Shown here: positions 40,510-53,260 of the stretch, piece by piece | Numbering within the stretch: the first letter of the stretch is position 1 | How the letters are laid out: each line of letters opens with the position of its first letter | Made by a program: the position numbers and the translations under genes | Notes under the pieces: model-generated | The model's database searches: none | Told to the model about the DNA's origin: nothing | Seen by the model: only the letters and a program-made list of their open reading frames with translations | Source: Camelus dromedarius | Taxonomy: Eukaryota | NCBI RefSeq assembly: GCF_036321535.1 | Contig: NC_087447.1 | Span: 42,348,001 to 42,412,000 of the forward strand | Direction: 5' to 3' | Length of the DNA: 64,000 nt

Positions 40510-41100
40510 CCCCAGGCGGGAGCACCGAAAACCTGAGCCTAATCTGGTCTCTGATGGGTGGTGGTGCCTGGGTGGCCCGAGATCCTCCGGCGCAGCCCGG
40601 GGCGCAGGCTGCTCCGACGCGGGACGCAGGAGCCGGAGGCGCCGGGGCCCTGGAGCCGCGCGTCCGCCCTCCCCGCCGGCATCGCGGGTGTCGCCAGCAC
40701 TGACTCAGCGCTTCCGGTCACCGTCAGGGGTGGTTCCCGACTGCCCTGGAGGTGCGGCCGCCCAGCGTCACGGCTCACTGATGCAGGAGCCGCCGGCAGT
40801 CGGGCTGTCTCCCCGCTGAAAGCGTTCCGGCCCCGCCGTGACTCAGCCGCTTCCCCTCAGGGCCCGCTCAGCTCCGGCGGCTGCCGCCACGCGCCTTCTT
40901 CCGCCCGTAGGTGCCGGGCTCCAAGGTCCCGAAAGGGATTGGCAACTTGCTAAGGCATCCCTGAACTCCAGTGCCTAGGCTCTTCTCAGTGAATTGAGGA
41001 GTTGAGGCCTCAGCTCCGGAAAATAGTCCTCACCCCGCAGTGCAGAGAGTGGGTCCCTTAGCTGGGGCAGTTGAGGCTCGGCAGTCCGGGGGATCTTTAG
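40510..41100. promoter_or_regulatory. Orphan CpG island, likely enhancer or non-coding promoter
   Basis: CpG-rich block with no recognisable exon; TGACTCAGC at 40701 and 40839, ETS-like CTTCCGG at 40711, GC box at 40831. Confidence 0.75.
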
Positions 41101-42926
41101 AGTCCCACGACTTACGCTGGAAGCTCAGCATTGCCACTTGTCGGGTGTGTGACCCCTAGAGTCACTCAGTCTGGCCAAATGTCACTTGGCACAATGGGTG
41201 AAACGGGGGGTGAGTCCATACCCACTTTGGTGCTGTTGCCCCAGCCTAGCAAATAGCAGGAACTCAGCAAATCTCGCTTTTCGTTATGTCCTTTTAAATA
41301 CATTTTGGATGTAGTTTTTCCTCTCCGCAACCATCTTGCACTTATTAATATAGTGCAGGGTCACCGCGGTGATTTCACAACTGGTTTTGCCACATTCCCA
41401 CCCGTCTCTCACACAATGACCTGGCACATTTGTAAGGCACACTACATTCTTCTTCGAGCTGTTGCCCTGCTTCTAGAAAATGGAACACTTTCCTGCCGTA
41501 TTTTGGTTTGAGTAGAAAGTCCCTTTCCTGGTATTTAAACACTACAGTGTTGCCTGGCTCATATAAATATAAATGCTTACTCTTAATTCTACTTTGTTGG
41601 ACACAGATTTCTGCCTTCCCAGAGCTGGTGGAGCAGGGCAGGAAGATAAACTTACAACACTACGTAATAAGTACTCTGATCTAAATGTGATTAAGAGAGG
41701 AAGCAACTAAGTGAATAGAGAAGGAAGAGGAAAGGTTTCACAGATGAAGTAACATGGGGGGAGGAGTGGCTTGATGGAGTTTACCAGCACTCTGATAGCA
41801 TATACAGTGTTCTGGTTGTGTAGAACCTGGACCTCATGTTGGGCTCTGGAATGTTGTTTCAGAATGCTTGAAACATCTAGCCCCTTCCCTTGATTTTCTT
41901 GAGGCCAAAAGTACTATGGAAAATAAAATTTCGGTTTATAAATGAACATTGCCTGATGAAATACAGGCTATGGGAAGGAATCATGAATTCCTTAAGGGAA
42001 AAGTCTCCTACTGAGGAAGGAGCTCACACAGAGGGTTGGCCACAGGGCCTGAATGCTGGAGAAGGGTGTTTATGAAGATTTTCTAAAGCTGTGTTTGAAC
42101 CTGCTCCCACTTAGTCCTAGAAAGGAGAAGGCTGTGTACTAAAATGGAAATAACTGACTCATTAGGAGCCCAGGTACTGTTCTGGGTGGCATACTGAAAG
42201 AACTGAATTGTTAGGAACTCAGCACACACTGCTGTGGGGATCCCCACTAAAAAGAGCTTTGCATGAGAAAGGGACAGGCATTTGCCTCCTGACCAGAGAG
42301 AGGTAGGCAGCGGAGATCTGCAAGTTGAGAGAGACAGACTCAAGATGACGGTAACAGAGATTGGATGCTCCAAGGGACCTCCAGGGTCAAGGACACCTCA
42401 GTGACACTCTGCAGATAGCTCAGGTAGCATTGATTGGATACTTGGAGACATGAAAGGGATCAAAGAGGTGGCAAGAGCAGCACTTCATACAGGGACTGTG
42501 ATTACAGTTGATTTCAAATTCTTTCTCTTTATGTTTCTGAATTAAAATTTTCATCGTGAACATGTTTTACTTTTAATACCAGAAAAAGCAACTTTTTAAA
42601 AAAGTCATTACCCAGTATTAGTACAGATGAAGTAAACTGAGCTTTCTTATTCCTAGAGTTTTACAAGAAAGGAGTCATAGTTCACTTTTTGATTCTGAAA
42701 ATTATACATATTGATCACAATGTAAACACTGATTATTATTGTAAGCCAAAACTCTGATTTAACTACTTTGGGAGGATGGGAAAGGAGAAATGGAGTTGGG
42801 TATGTGGTGTATTTGTAAGGGTGCTATGTCTTCATCTACCACAACAGAAAGTCAATACAGCATGTTTAAGGCAGATACACCAGGAAATAGCAGCACAAAC
42901 CCATTTTTAAAAAATACATGGAGGTT

Positions 42927-43015
42927 GGGGGGAGGGTATAGCTCAGTGGAAGAGCATGTGCTTAGCATGAATGAGGTCCCAGGTTCAATCCCCATTACCA
43001 CCATATAAATAAATA
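42927..43015 (+). mobile_element. vic-1-type SINE
   Basis: gggggagggtatagctcagtgg...ggttcaatcccc. Confidence 0.88.
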
Positions 43016-43224
43016 CATACCTGTGCAGCTGAACTGTAATAGTGCATTCATATGATTTTTAAAATCATGTTCTTAAGAATTACTTAATTACATAGTAAAA
43101 TGCTAATTTTAAATGAGTGAAAATAAAATCCAAAAGTACATATATTCATAGAAAACAAACTGGAAGAAAGTACTTCAGAATGGCTATGGTGTTTATCTCT
43201 GGGAATTAGGATTATAGAGTTAAG

Positions 43225-43635
43225 AGTGTGTCCGTTGGATTCTCTAGGAAGCAAATGCTGAGTTGAAGTTAGAAGTGAAAAAGTTTGTTGGGAAGCTACA
43301 TGTGTGAAAAGAAAGGGAAGGAAGCAGGATTGGGTAGATGGAGTGGTTAGATGGGATACAGTATCTCTGCCAGCCCACTAGGGAACTCTGGAGTAAAGAT
43401 TGCCTTATTGGGGGTGTCCTATGCTGGGTGGAAATAGCCAGAGCTTTGTACCGCCACCCTGCACAATCATTGGTTGGAGCCACTCTGAGAAGAGTGTGAC
43501 CTTGGCTGGAAAGCTAAGGATGAGAAGGAGGTTAACAGCTGAAGACTGTCAGCTGACCGACACTTTCTGCAGCTGGGCAGTAAGACATCAAAATAAGTCC
43601 TTTTTTGAGCGGGACTCTGACCAGCACATCTATCT
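43225..43635 (-). mobile_element. ERVL-class (LTR16/LTR33-like) LTR
   Basis: ggattctctaggaagcaaatgctgagttgaagttag...aagtttgttggg. Confidence 0.55.
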
Positions 43636-44159
43636 GCAACAAACAAAATGCCTATTTTGTATATTTTTTTGTAATCTCCTAATTTTGGCACCAAACATGT
43701 CATATTTTATAATAAAAATTTTAAAATAGTAAGTAGACTCCAAATAAAAGTTACAAAGGGATCTCCTAAAGTACATATGCTTTAGAGCATTTTTTTTTTT
43801 TTTTTTTTTTTTTTTGGTCAGCTCTTTCGTCTAGTCAGAGGTCATGGCTGTCCCTTTTTTGGCTTACAGGCTGTGTTCCAAATAGGTGAGGTTACTAGAG
43901 TTGAGTTTCAGTACTTCATCTGGAAAATGAGGAAATTTTATCTCACTATAATTGTGAAAATTATATTATTCCTTTCAATTGATTGGTTCTCTTATTCACT
44001 CAAAAAACATTTGTCATGCATCTACCTGTTAAACTATTGTACAAGGCATTTTGCTAGATGTAGAAATTAATGAGATATTGATCACACATTTATAAAGCTC
44101 ACAGTTTAGTAGAAGAAATAAATTATACACTTACTAATGTGTTAAAAATGTATACACCC

Positions 44160-44770
44160 TTAGAGTTTCAGTCTTACAAAATGAAGAGAGTTCTGGAGAT
44201 TGGTTGCACAACAATGTGAATGCATTTAACACTACTGAACTGTACACTTAAAAATGGTTAAGATGGTAAATTTTATGTTATGGTGTATTTAACCACAATT
44301 AAACATTTTTTAAAATGTACATACTCTATAAGTTAGTGAATACCACTGGATATGTATCCCAAAGAAATTTTCACTCATGTGTACAACTAAGTAGGAGGAT
44401 GTCTTCTGCACCATTGTTTGTAAAAGCAAATAGGTGGAAGCAGCCTAAATTTTTATCAAAGAGGAATGGATAAATAAAATGTAGTATATTTCATATGTCA
44501 ACCTGAACTGGTCTCAAAAACAGTTTTGGGTGATAAAAGTGATATGCAAAATGTTAACATACCTCATGATACCATTAATGTAAATGTAAGAACACACACA
44601 ACATCACAATCCATTGGTGATGGATACCTACACAGAAATAAAACTATAGGGAATGGAATGGAAGGATACACACCAAACTTACAGTGGCAGTTGCCACTGG
44701 ACACTGAGAGCAGAAATGGAACTGAGTGGGAGAGTATGTGGTTAAAGGAGACTTAATTTTATCTATAATG
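44160..44770 (+). mobile_element. Old L1 3' fragments
   Basis: gttctggagat...gtacacttaaaaatggttaagatggtaaattttatg motif. Confidence 0.72.
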
Positions 44771-44795
44771 TTTCATCTTTTTAAGAATATGATGC

Positions 44796-45467
44796 CAATG
44801 TTCATAGTACTATTTTCAATAGCCATAGGAAGCAACCTAAATGTCCACTGACAGATGATTGGATAAAGAAGATGTGGTACGTATACACAATGGAATACTA
44901 CTCAGCCATAAAAAAGGAAATAATGCCATTTGCTGCAACATGGATGGACCTAGAGATTATCATACTAAGTGAAGTAAAGTCAAATATCAATAATATCATT
45001 TATATGTGGAATCTTAAAAAATGGCACAAATGAACTCGTTTACAAAACAGAAACACTCACAGACATAGAAAACAAGTTTATGATTACCAAAGGAGAAAGA
45101 GGGGAAGGTATAAATTGGGAGTTTGGGATTAGCAGAGATAAACTACTATATACAAAATAGATAAACAACAAGGTCCTACTGTGTAGTACAGGGAACTAAA
45201 TTCAGTAACTTGTAATAACCTATAATGAAGAAGAATATATATACATATGTATATAACTGAATCACTATGGTGTACACCAGAAACTAACACAACATTGTAA
45301 ATCAACTAAACTTCACTTAAAAAAAAAGAATATGAATGCATATCTTGTAACAACCTATAATGGAAAAGAATCTGAAAAAGAATACACATACATACATACA
45401 TGTATGTGTATAACAATCACTTTGCTGTGATATTGTAAATCAACTATACTTCAGTTTTTAAAAAAGT
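44796..45467 (+). mobile_element. Two tandem L1 3' ends
   Basis: ORF2 end plus 3' UTR to about 45325, then a second short 3' end at 45344-45467; target sequence repeated three times. Confidence 0.85.
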
Positions 45468-46677
45468 AATATTAATGCAGATATGAAGCTCAAAAATTGG
45501 TGATTCTGGATCATGAGAATATGTGTGACTTTTATGTATTACACTGTAAATTTTTGATTTTTTTTAAAAATAAATAATCTGCAGAGTTTTTTTTTTTAAA
45601 GCAAATTATGCATGAATAAAGAGAGATAAAGGTAAAGGTCTCTGGGCATTAAGAATAGAGAGATATCAAAGGCAGGGCATGAGAGAAAGTGGTTCAGGAA
45701 AGGCAACTGAACTAAGCCTTCAAGGATGGGGAAGATGAAGACAGATGAGAAGGGGATGTGGAGTGGTAGGCAGAATGAGCAGCATGAAAGAGGCATGGAG
45801 ACAGGAAAGCAAGGGAGTCTTGAGTGGTTGCTTGGCTGGACCAGAAGATACCTGATGACAAATAGTAGGAAGCAAGCTCTAGAAGGTGGTTTCAGCCTCA
45901 TTCAAAAGGAGTCTTCTATGGGAAACCAAAGAATTTCAGTCTGTTCTGTAGGTAGTGTCTTCAGTATAGGTTTTGGAGTTGGGATGACAGGATCAGGACA
46001 GGAAGATTGATCTCGTTATGAAATATAAAATAGTTTAAAACGGAGTAAATACTAGAGGCAAAGAAAGCAGTTAGGAAATGGCTGTATGAGTCCAAGTGAG
46101 GGATAAATATAGGTCCTTCCCACATTGTTTAAAAAAATTTTTTTTAAACAGCTTTATTGATCCATGTGCCCTTTTGACCACACACAATAGTCTCTGAAAT
46201 AGTGTTTCTGTCTCTGGGATGATGTTTCCCAACCATTGTTCATGTTCCCACACATGGCTGAGAGTTACAACAGGCTCTTCTCAGTTAACAGTGGTTCAAT
46301 GAGGCAGGAATTCTAGGGACAGCTGGTTGAAGTGTACAGTGTACAGTTTGAGAGAAGATCCAAGTGATTTCTGATCAATCATAACTTTCATCTTGTACAA
46401 ACACTATCCTAAAGCATTCAAAGGTTCCCATTGCCTGGTTCTAGTCAAAGGTTCTATTCCCTGAGAATACAGTGGAAGCCAAATGCCTTAGCAGCAGGTC
46501 TGGCAGCAGCTAACTTCTGTAGCTTTAGAGCCTTCTCCTGTACGGATTCTAACTCCAGCCAAGTTGATATGCTCTGTAATCCCTTATAAGCATACCATGC
46601 ATTTCCTCATTCCTCCTATTCTTTATTTTTCTGAGATGCTCTTCCTCCCAATCACTGCTTATCAAAAATTCCATTCA

Positions 46678-47989
46678 ATGAAGCTAGAATACTCCCTCAC
46701 ACCATACACAAAAATAAACTCAAAATGAATCAAAGACTTAAACATAAGACAAGACACAAGAAACCTCCTAGAAGAAAACATAGGCAAAACATTATCTCAC
46801 ATACATCATAGCAATGTTCTCCTAGGGCAGTCTACCCAAGAAATAGAAATAAAAGCAAAAATAAAGAAATGGGACCTAATTAAACTTACAAGCTTTTGCA
46901 CAGCAAAGGAAACCATAAGCAAAACAAAACAACCACCTATGGAATGGGAGAAAATATTTGCAAAAGATGAAACTGACAAAGGCTTGATCTCCAGAATATA
47001 TAAGCAGCACATACGACCTAATAGGAAAAAACCAAACAACCCAATCCAAAAATGGGCAGAAGACCTAAACAAGCAATTCTCCAGTGAAGACATACGAATG
47101 ACCAACAGGCACATGAAAAAATGCTCAATATCACTAATTATCAGAGAAATGCAAATCAAAACTACAATAAGGTATCATCTCACACCAGTCAGAATGGCCA
47201 TCATTCAAAAGTCCACAAATGATAAGTGCTGGAGACAGTGTGGAGAAAAGGGAACCCTCTTACACTGTTGGTGGGAATGCAGTTTGGTGCAGCCACTGTG
47301 GAAAACAGTATGGAGATTCCTCAAAAGACTAAAAATAGACTTGCCATATGACCCAGCAATCCCATTCCTGGGCGTATATCCAGAAGGAACCCTACTTCAA
47401 AAAGACACCTGCACCCCAATGTTCATAGCAGCACTATTTATAATAGCCAAGACATGGAAACAAGCTAAATGTCCATCAACAGATGACTGTATAAAGAAAT
47501 TATGGTATATTTAAACAATGGAATACTATTCAGCCATAAAAATGACAACATAATGCCATTTGCAGCAACATGGATGTCCCTGGAGAATGTCATTCTAAGT
47601 GAAGTAAGCCAGAAGGAGAAAGAAAAATACCATATGATATCACTCACATGTGGAATCTTAAAAAAAAAAAAAAAGACGACAAATGAACTTAAATATAAAA
47701 CAGAAACCGACTCAAAGACATAGACTACAAACTTGTAGTTGCCAGGGGGGAGGGGGTGGGAAGGGACAGACTGGGAGTTCAAGATTTGTAGATACTGACA
47801 GGTATATATAGAATAGATAAACAAGTTTATACTGTATAGCACAGGGAAATATATTCAAGATCTTGTAATAGCTCATGGTGAAAAAGAATATGAAAACAAA
47901 TATATGTATATTCATGTATGACTGAAGAATTATGCTGTACACCAGAAATTGACACAACATTGTAAACTGACTACAACTAAATTTTAAAA
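46678..47989 (+). mobile_element. Relatively young 5'-truncated LINE-1 (ORF2 C-terminus plus 3' UTR)
   Basis: ORF 46939..47514 carries the L1 ORF2 Cys-rich C-terminal region (HLTPVRMA...[18 protein letters not shown]); perfect 14-bp TSD aaaaattccattca (46664-46677, 47990-48003). Confidence 0.96.
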
Positions 47990-48244
47990 AAAAATTCCAT
48001 TCATTCTAGGGCCCAGATTCCACTTCTTCCACGAAGCCTTTTTCGTTTGCTCTAGAGGAAATTATCTCCTTCTTCAATTATCAAGTTTTTACCAGTCACA
48101 TGACAGCTTATTTTCTCTCTCTCTTGCTCTCTCTCTCTAACATTGTCTCTTCCTCTACTTAGCTTTTGAATCTCTGGGGCGGGTAGTGACCAAGTTTTTT
48201 CACTTTTGTTTTTGTTTTTTAAATCCCTCTAAAATACACTAGCC

Positions 48245-48689
48245 TGTTGTGGACACAGGGTGGGCCGGTGGCACAGTGATGCAGGTTGGTAAAAGAATTT
48301 ACCAGAGATGAAGGAGAACAGTAAAGGAGTTTATTAGCGTAGACTGCCATAGACAACAGAAGAGAGGTCCCTGCGTGAGCACCAAGGGCCGGTTGTTGGG
48401 GTTTTTTATAAGGTAGGGTCACAAGGTGCCTGATGGGCTTGTGCACAAGGCTCTGATTGGTTGTAGATGAGGTAAGAGGTTTAGGGTGGGGTTTATGACT
48501 CCAATAAGGTGGGCTGAAACAAGCCAGCCTGAGCTATCGTGAGATTAGGCATTACCTAGGGCTATTAGTTTGTTAGGGCCAACACGACTAGTAAAAAATG
48601 TACTTTATCTGTTGAGGGATCACAGGCAGACATCTGAGAGCCCAAAAATGGGGGTCATTGGGCTTGGAAGGATGTCACTTGGCCCCACA
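48245..48689 (-). mobile_element. Solo ERV LTR, 445 bp
   Basis: TG...CA termini, 5-bp TSD tagcc/taacc; CCAAT, TATAAA and AATAAA in LTR order on the minus strand. Confidence 0.82.
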
Positions 48690-48861
48690 TAACCAAAACT
48701 CCTTTGCAGGTCAAGGTGTTTGATAATTAAAATAACTACCATGTATTGAAAGCCTTTTAGTACCAGGCACCATATACATTATTCCTCATAATAACCCCAG
48801 GACAAGGGTAATTTTATAAAAGAAGAAACGGAGGCTCAGATATATTAATTAACATGCCCAG

Positions 48862-49480
48862 TGTATAGGTGAGGGAGATTAAGAGGTACAGACTTCCAGT
48901 TGCAAAATAAATGAGTCACAGGTATGAAACGTACAGTGTGAGGAATATAGTCAATAATTATGTATTATCTTTGTGTGGTGATAGATTGTAACTAAACCTA
49001 TTTTGATGATTCTTTTGAAACGTATAAAAGTACCAAATCACTATGTTGCATAACAGGAACTAACATAGTGCTGTAGGTCAATTATACTTCAAAAACAAAT
49101 TCATAGAAAAAGAGATCAGATTTGTGGTTTATGGGGGTGGAGGGAGTAGGGGCAGGAGGAATTGGATGAAGGCAGTCAAAAGGTACAAAATTCCAGCTTT
49201 GAGATAAATAAGTACTAGGGATATAATGTACAACATGATAAATATAATTAACACTGCTGTGTGTTATATATGAAAGTTGTTAAGAGAGTAAGTCCTAAGA
49301 GTTCTCATCATAAAAAAGACTTTTTCTTTCTTTAATTTTGTATCTATATGAGATGATGGATATTCACTAAACTTACGATAATCACTTCATGATGTAATTC
49401 AGATCATTATGCTGCATGTCTTAAACTTATACAGTGCTATATGTTAATTGTGTATCAATAAAACTAGAAGACAAAGAAAA
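48862..49480 (+). mobile_element. L1 3' UTR (L1MA-like)
   Basis: aaggtacaaaattccag...gttaagagagtaagtcctaagagttctcatca...tcaataaaactag. Confidence 0.8.
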
Positions 49481-49669
49481 AGAAAGATTTGAATAGAGCT
49501 CTGATAGGCTCTGAAGCTTGTTTTGTTTTCATTGTATTATGCTTTGTTTCTAAATGAATGAAAGAATACATTTTTTAACACTTTTTTTCCAACTTGCTTT
49601 TCTTTGTCATATTTCCTCCTTGGAGGTTTAACCAGCTGGTAAAGCAGAAAACACCAGTCGGTCTTTCTT

Positions 49670-50150
49670 GCCAGCTGGACTAGTTTCAAGTAATAGAAAA
49701 CCAACTCATACCGACTTACACAATAAAAGTAAATCTGTTGGTTTATAAACCAAGGAGTCCATTGGTGGTTTGCTGGCTTTATGATTGGATCAGTGTTGTA
49801 ACAAGTTGGCCTTTCTCTTTCAGTTTTGCTTTCCTCTAAGTTGACTTCCTTACCAGGCAGTCTCTCCCCATGTGTGTCAAAAATGGCCCCCAGCAGCTAC
49901 AGGTTACATTCTATCAACTTAATAACCCCAGCAGAAAGCACCTCTTTTCTGACAGGTCCAATAACATTCTCAGTTAAGACTGCCTTTGGCTGAGCTTGGT
50001 GCCCATGCACATCCCTGAAATAATCACTGTGTTCAAGGAGTGTCGTGTTGCTCTGACTGGCCAAGGATAAAGCTAGGGTTTGGGTCAACCCTACCAGAGC
50101 TCTATGGATTGATAATGGGAAAGGAAAAATATGGTACCAGACCAGAAAGG
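49670..50150 (-). mobile_element. Old MaLR (MLT1J/K-like) LTR
   Basis: caagtaatagaaaaccaactc...aaaatggcccccagcagct...ccctgaaataatcactgtg. Confidence 0.6.
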
Positions 50151-52110
50151 GTGCTGGGCAGGCCAAATAAATGTCCATTACACACACATTCACTAATACA
50201 GGACTCAGCAGTCTCTGATCCAGGTTGACTGTGCCTGAGTAGAGACTGCAGGAGACTCCATGATCTGTCCTCAGATGGCTCCCAACACAAGGCTGTTCTT
50301 CTCCTGGTTTAGTCCCAAGGGTTGCACTGCTCTTCAGAGCAGTTATATAATAAAACATTCTACTTATGGGAAATGGTTCTTGCCTGGCTTGAATCCTATG
50401 ATGGCCTAGAGCCAACTAAGAGGAAGAGACTGGGATCTGATACCATAAGGGGACATAGTGTCAACTGTAATAGTACTGGGCAGGCCAGAACTGCCACTGG
50501 ATGGCACAGGAACAAATTACAAGCAGCCGCATGGGCAAGCAGTTGGTTTCTGGGGCCAAACAGAACATGACAGACGTTAACGGGAGACAAAAAAATTCTG
50601 AGATAGGAGATTCTCAGGATTTCAGAGGAACACGTAAGTCTGATCAGTAGATAGCAGGACCCCAGCCACTGGACCAAAGTTCAGGGACATTCCAGTCTTG
50701 AGTGGTGAACTGAAAGGAACAGGCATGCCAGTTACAAGGGGACCAGGACACTGGGCGGGTATCAGGATTGATCTAAGGCACTAGGCCGAAATCCATGAAC
50801 TGGGTCTGGAGTCCACAGCAGGGCTGGGTCACAAGAATAAGACTGAAGGTTAGTGATCTAATAGAACCAAGACATAAGTTCAGACTAGGAGCAGCCTTGA
50901 TAGGAAACCCTAGAGGGAGGGACTGAAGTGCCACAAATCCCTCTTGCCACTGCACAGGATTATGTCCAACGACTAGATCAACACTGAACCTGCAGGTGCC
51001 ATAGAACAGCCTCAGCTGAGGGGAAGGAGGAAGACAGCAGTTGGTCCCACAACAGGGTCTAACCAACTAAAAAACACTGAGGTACATGTTTTCTCATTGG
51101 AATGCATAATCTGGTAAAAACTCAAATTGAAAAAAGTTTCAGCTAGAATGTATTAAGAATCAAAGACATCAGGAAAGAAATAGATGCAATTATAACAGGA
51201 TGTTAAGTGAGATTTCCCTCTTTGTTTCAGAGCTTAGACTAATTGGTGGCAAGTAACCCTCATAAGGAGCTGTGTCAGATCGTTTATGTATAACTTGCTC
51301 ATGGGATGGCCCCCAAATTGGTTCTGAAACCTGTAGCCTGTCACTCGTACTTTCGGTGTGAGAAAAGAAGGTCAAGAGAGATCAAGAGAGGAGATTTAAA
51401 AAGTGAGGACTGCTTTGAAGAGAACTATCAGAGCACTGTGGTTTTCTCCCTCTTAGGTCAAGGGAAAGTAGTCTAGGGACCTGCCAAAAGGGGAGACTGA
51501 CATCTCAGGTGGATGTGTGCTGAAGAGAAGACATGCCCTGAGGCAGCTAGGACCAGGAGCAGAGTTTGGCAAGAGAGTTCTTGGGACAGTCTGACTTGAG
51601 TCCCATGAGTTGTGGGGTAGAGACTGATGTCTTATCTCACCAGACAGCTAGGTGAGAGGCTGGCTGGAAGACCAGAGATGGTAGGTTAAGGGGCTGGGAA
51701 GGGAGAGTTGACAGAAAGAGTTTGAAAGGCAGTAGTAAGAAAGAATGAAATTGCTCCCTCCGTTGGCTAAAAGGTAAGAAACTTTAGTTCTCCTTTTAGC
51801 TCTACCACAAATTAGCTGTGCTAGTCTAGAAAACCACTTGATCTCTTTCGATCTCAGTTTTCTCTTCTATAAAAGGAAGAATTGGACTAGATTGTCTTTC
51901 AGGTACCCCAAAGGGAGCTTCCATGACTTTCTAATTCTGTGGGTGTACTCAGCTGAGCTCTATGGTGACTAGTGGACTGGGATGGGTTATGATAATATAT
52001 ATATCCCATTACACTATGCCCTAGAAATTCAAGTCTCAAGGGTGCAGCATTCTTTCCATCCCGTATCCCCTCTTCTCTTAATGAGTATTTAAAAGATAAA
52101 TCATTTAAAA

Positions 52111-52155
52111 ATTTTTTAACATTTTTTATTGATTTATAATCATTTTACAATGTGT
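52111..52155 (-). mobile_element. Very short L1 3' tail insertion
   Basis: ttttttattgatttataatcattttacaatgtgt between TSD taaatcatttaaaa. Confidence 0.7.
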
Positions 52156-52879
52156 TAAATCATTTAAAATTTTTAAAATAAAAAGTGACCCATAACACCG
52201 CTAACCCAACCTACTACTAATTATATTCTGGCTAATTCCTTTCCAGATCTTGACCACCTATCTGCTTATTTGCCCCAGTTGCAATCACTAGCACACACTT
52301 TTTGTGTTTTTACAGAGCCCCAGGTTAATACACTGTGCATGACCAAGAGGAGCAAAAGCTTGGGGTGCTTCCAATTATTGCAGAATAAAGAGTAGGCAAG
52401 GAACAAGCTGGCCTTTGATACAACAGTCTTTTCTGTCACAGAACTATTCTGGTGTGGTCTCTCTTCCTCTTTAAGTATCCTTCTCTCCTCCCCACCTTCA
52501 CTTCCTGATCCTTTAGCAACAACAGAAACTCAAGAGGCCAAGTAGAGCTAAGCTACCACATCCTTTGATCTACATAACACTCACTGCAATTGCTTCTGGG
52601 CTAGAAATACCAGGTGATCCATATAGCAGACATCACAGCAGCCACCAGAGAGTTATGTCACAGAGAAAACCAATAGCAAGGGATGTAGAGATGTACTGAT
52701 CACCTGCTGTTGTTAAGACAGGAGTGAGATGTTCACAGATGATCAGCGAGATGATGGCACTTCACCTACGTTTTATTTAAACTGAAGTATAGTTCATTTA
52801 CAATATTATACTAGTTGCAGGTATACTGCATAGTGATTCAGTATTTTTATAAATTATACTCCATTTAAAGTTATTATAA

Positions 52880-53027
52880 GGAGGGAGGATATAGCTCAAG
52901 TGGTAGAGTGCATGCTTAGCATACACAAGGTCCTGGGTTCAATCCCCAGTACCTCCTCTAAAAATAAATAAGTAAACCTAATTACCTCCCCTTCAAAAAA
53001 TAAAAATAAATGAATTAAATTAAAAAA
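52880..53027 (+). mobile_element. vic-1-type SINE nested in an L1 3' fragment
   Basis: Consensus body; TSD taaagttatta on both sides. Confidence 0.9.
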
Positions 53028-53223
53028 TAAAGTTATTACAAAATAATGGCTACAGTTGCCTGTGTTGTACAATATACCCTGTTAGTTTATCTATTTTATA
53101 CATAGTAGTTTGTATCTCTTAATCCCATATCCCTATCTTGCCCCTCCTCCTACCCCTCTCCTCACTGGTAACACTAATTTGTTCTCTGTATCTGTGAATC
53201 TGTTTCTATTTTGTTATATACAT

Positions 53224-53225
<2 letters not shown>

Positions 53226-53255
<30 letters not shown>
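53226..53255. repeat. (GT)15 microsatellite inside an L1 3' fragment
   Basis: Perfect dinucleotide run. Confidence 0.95.

Positions 53256-53260
<5 letters not shown>

Noticed and set aside
40466..40953. ORFs of 73-131 aa in the second CpG island
   Set aside because: Low-complexity, GC-driven, non-ATG or weak starts, and no recognisable protein similarity
46126..46150. Near-perfect palindrome tgtttaaaaaaattttttttaaaca
   Set aside because: Low-complexity A/T runs, probably abutting a short retroelement tail
46939..47723. 191 aa and 73 aa ORFs as a host gene
   Set aside because: They are L1 ORF2 C-terminal sequence from a truncated element
49897..51066. Cluster of 60-172 aa ORFs
   Set aside because: Partly overlaps an old LTR; no coherent splice structure or recognisable protein
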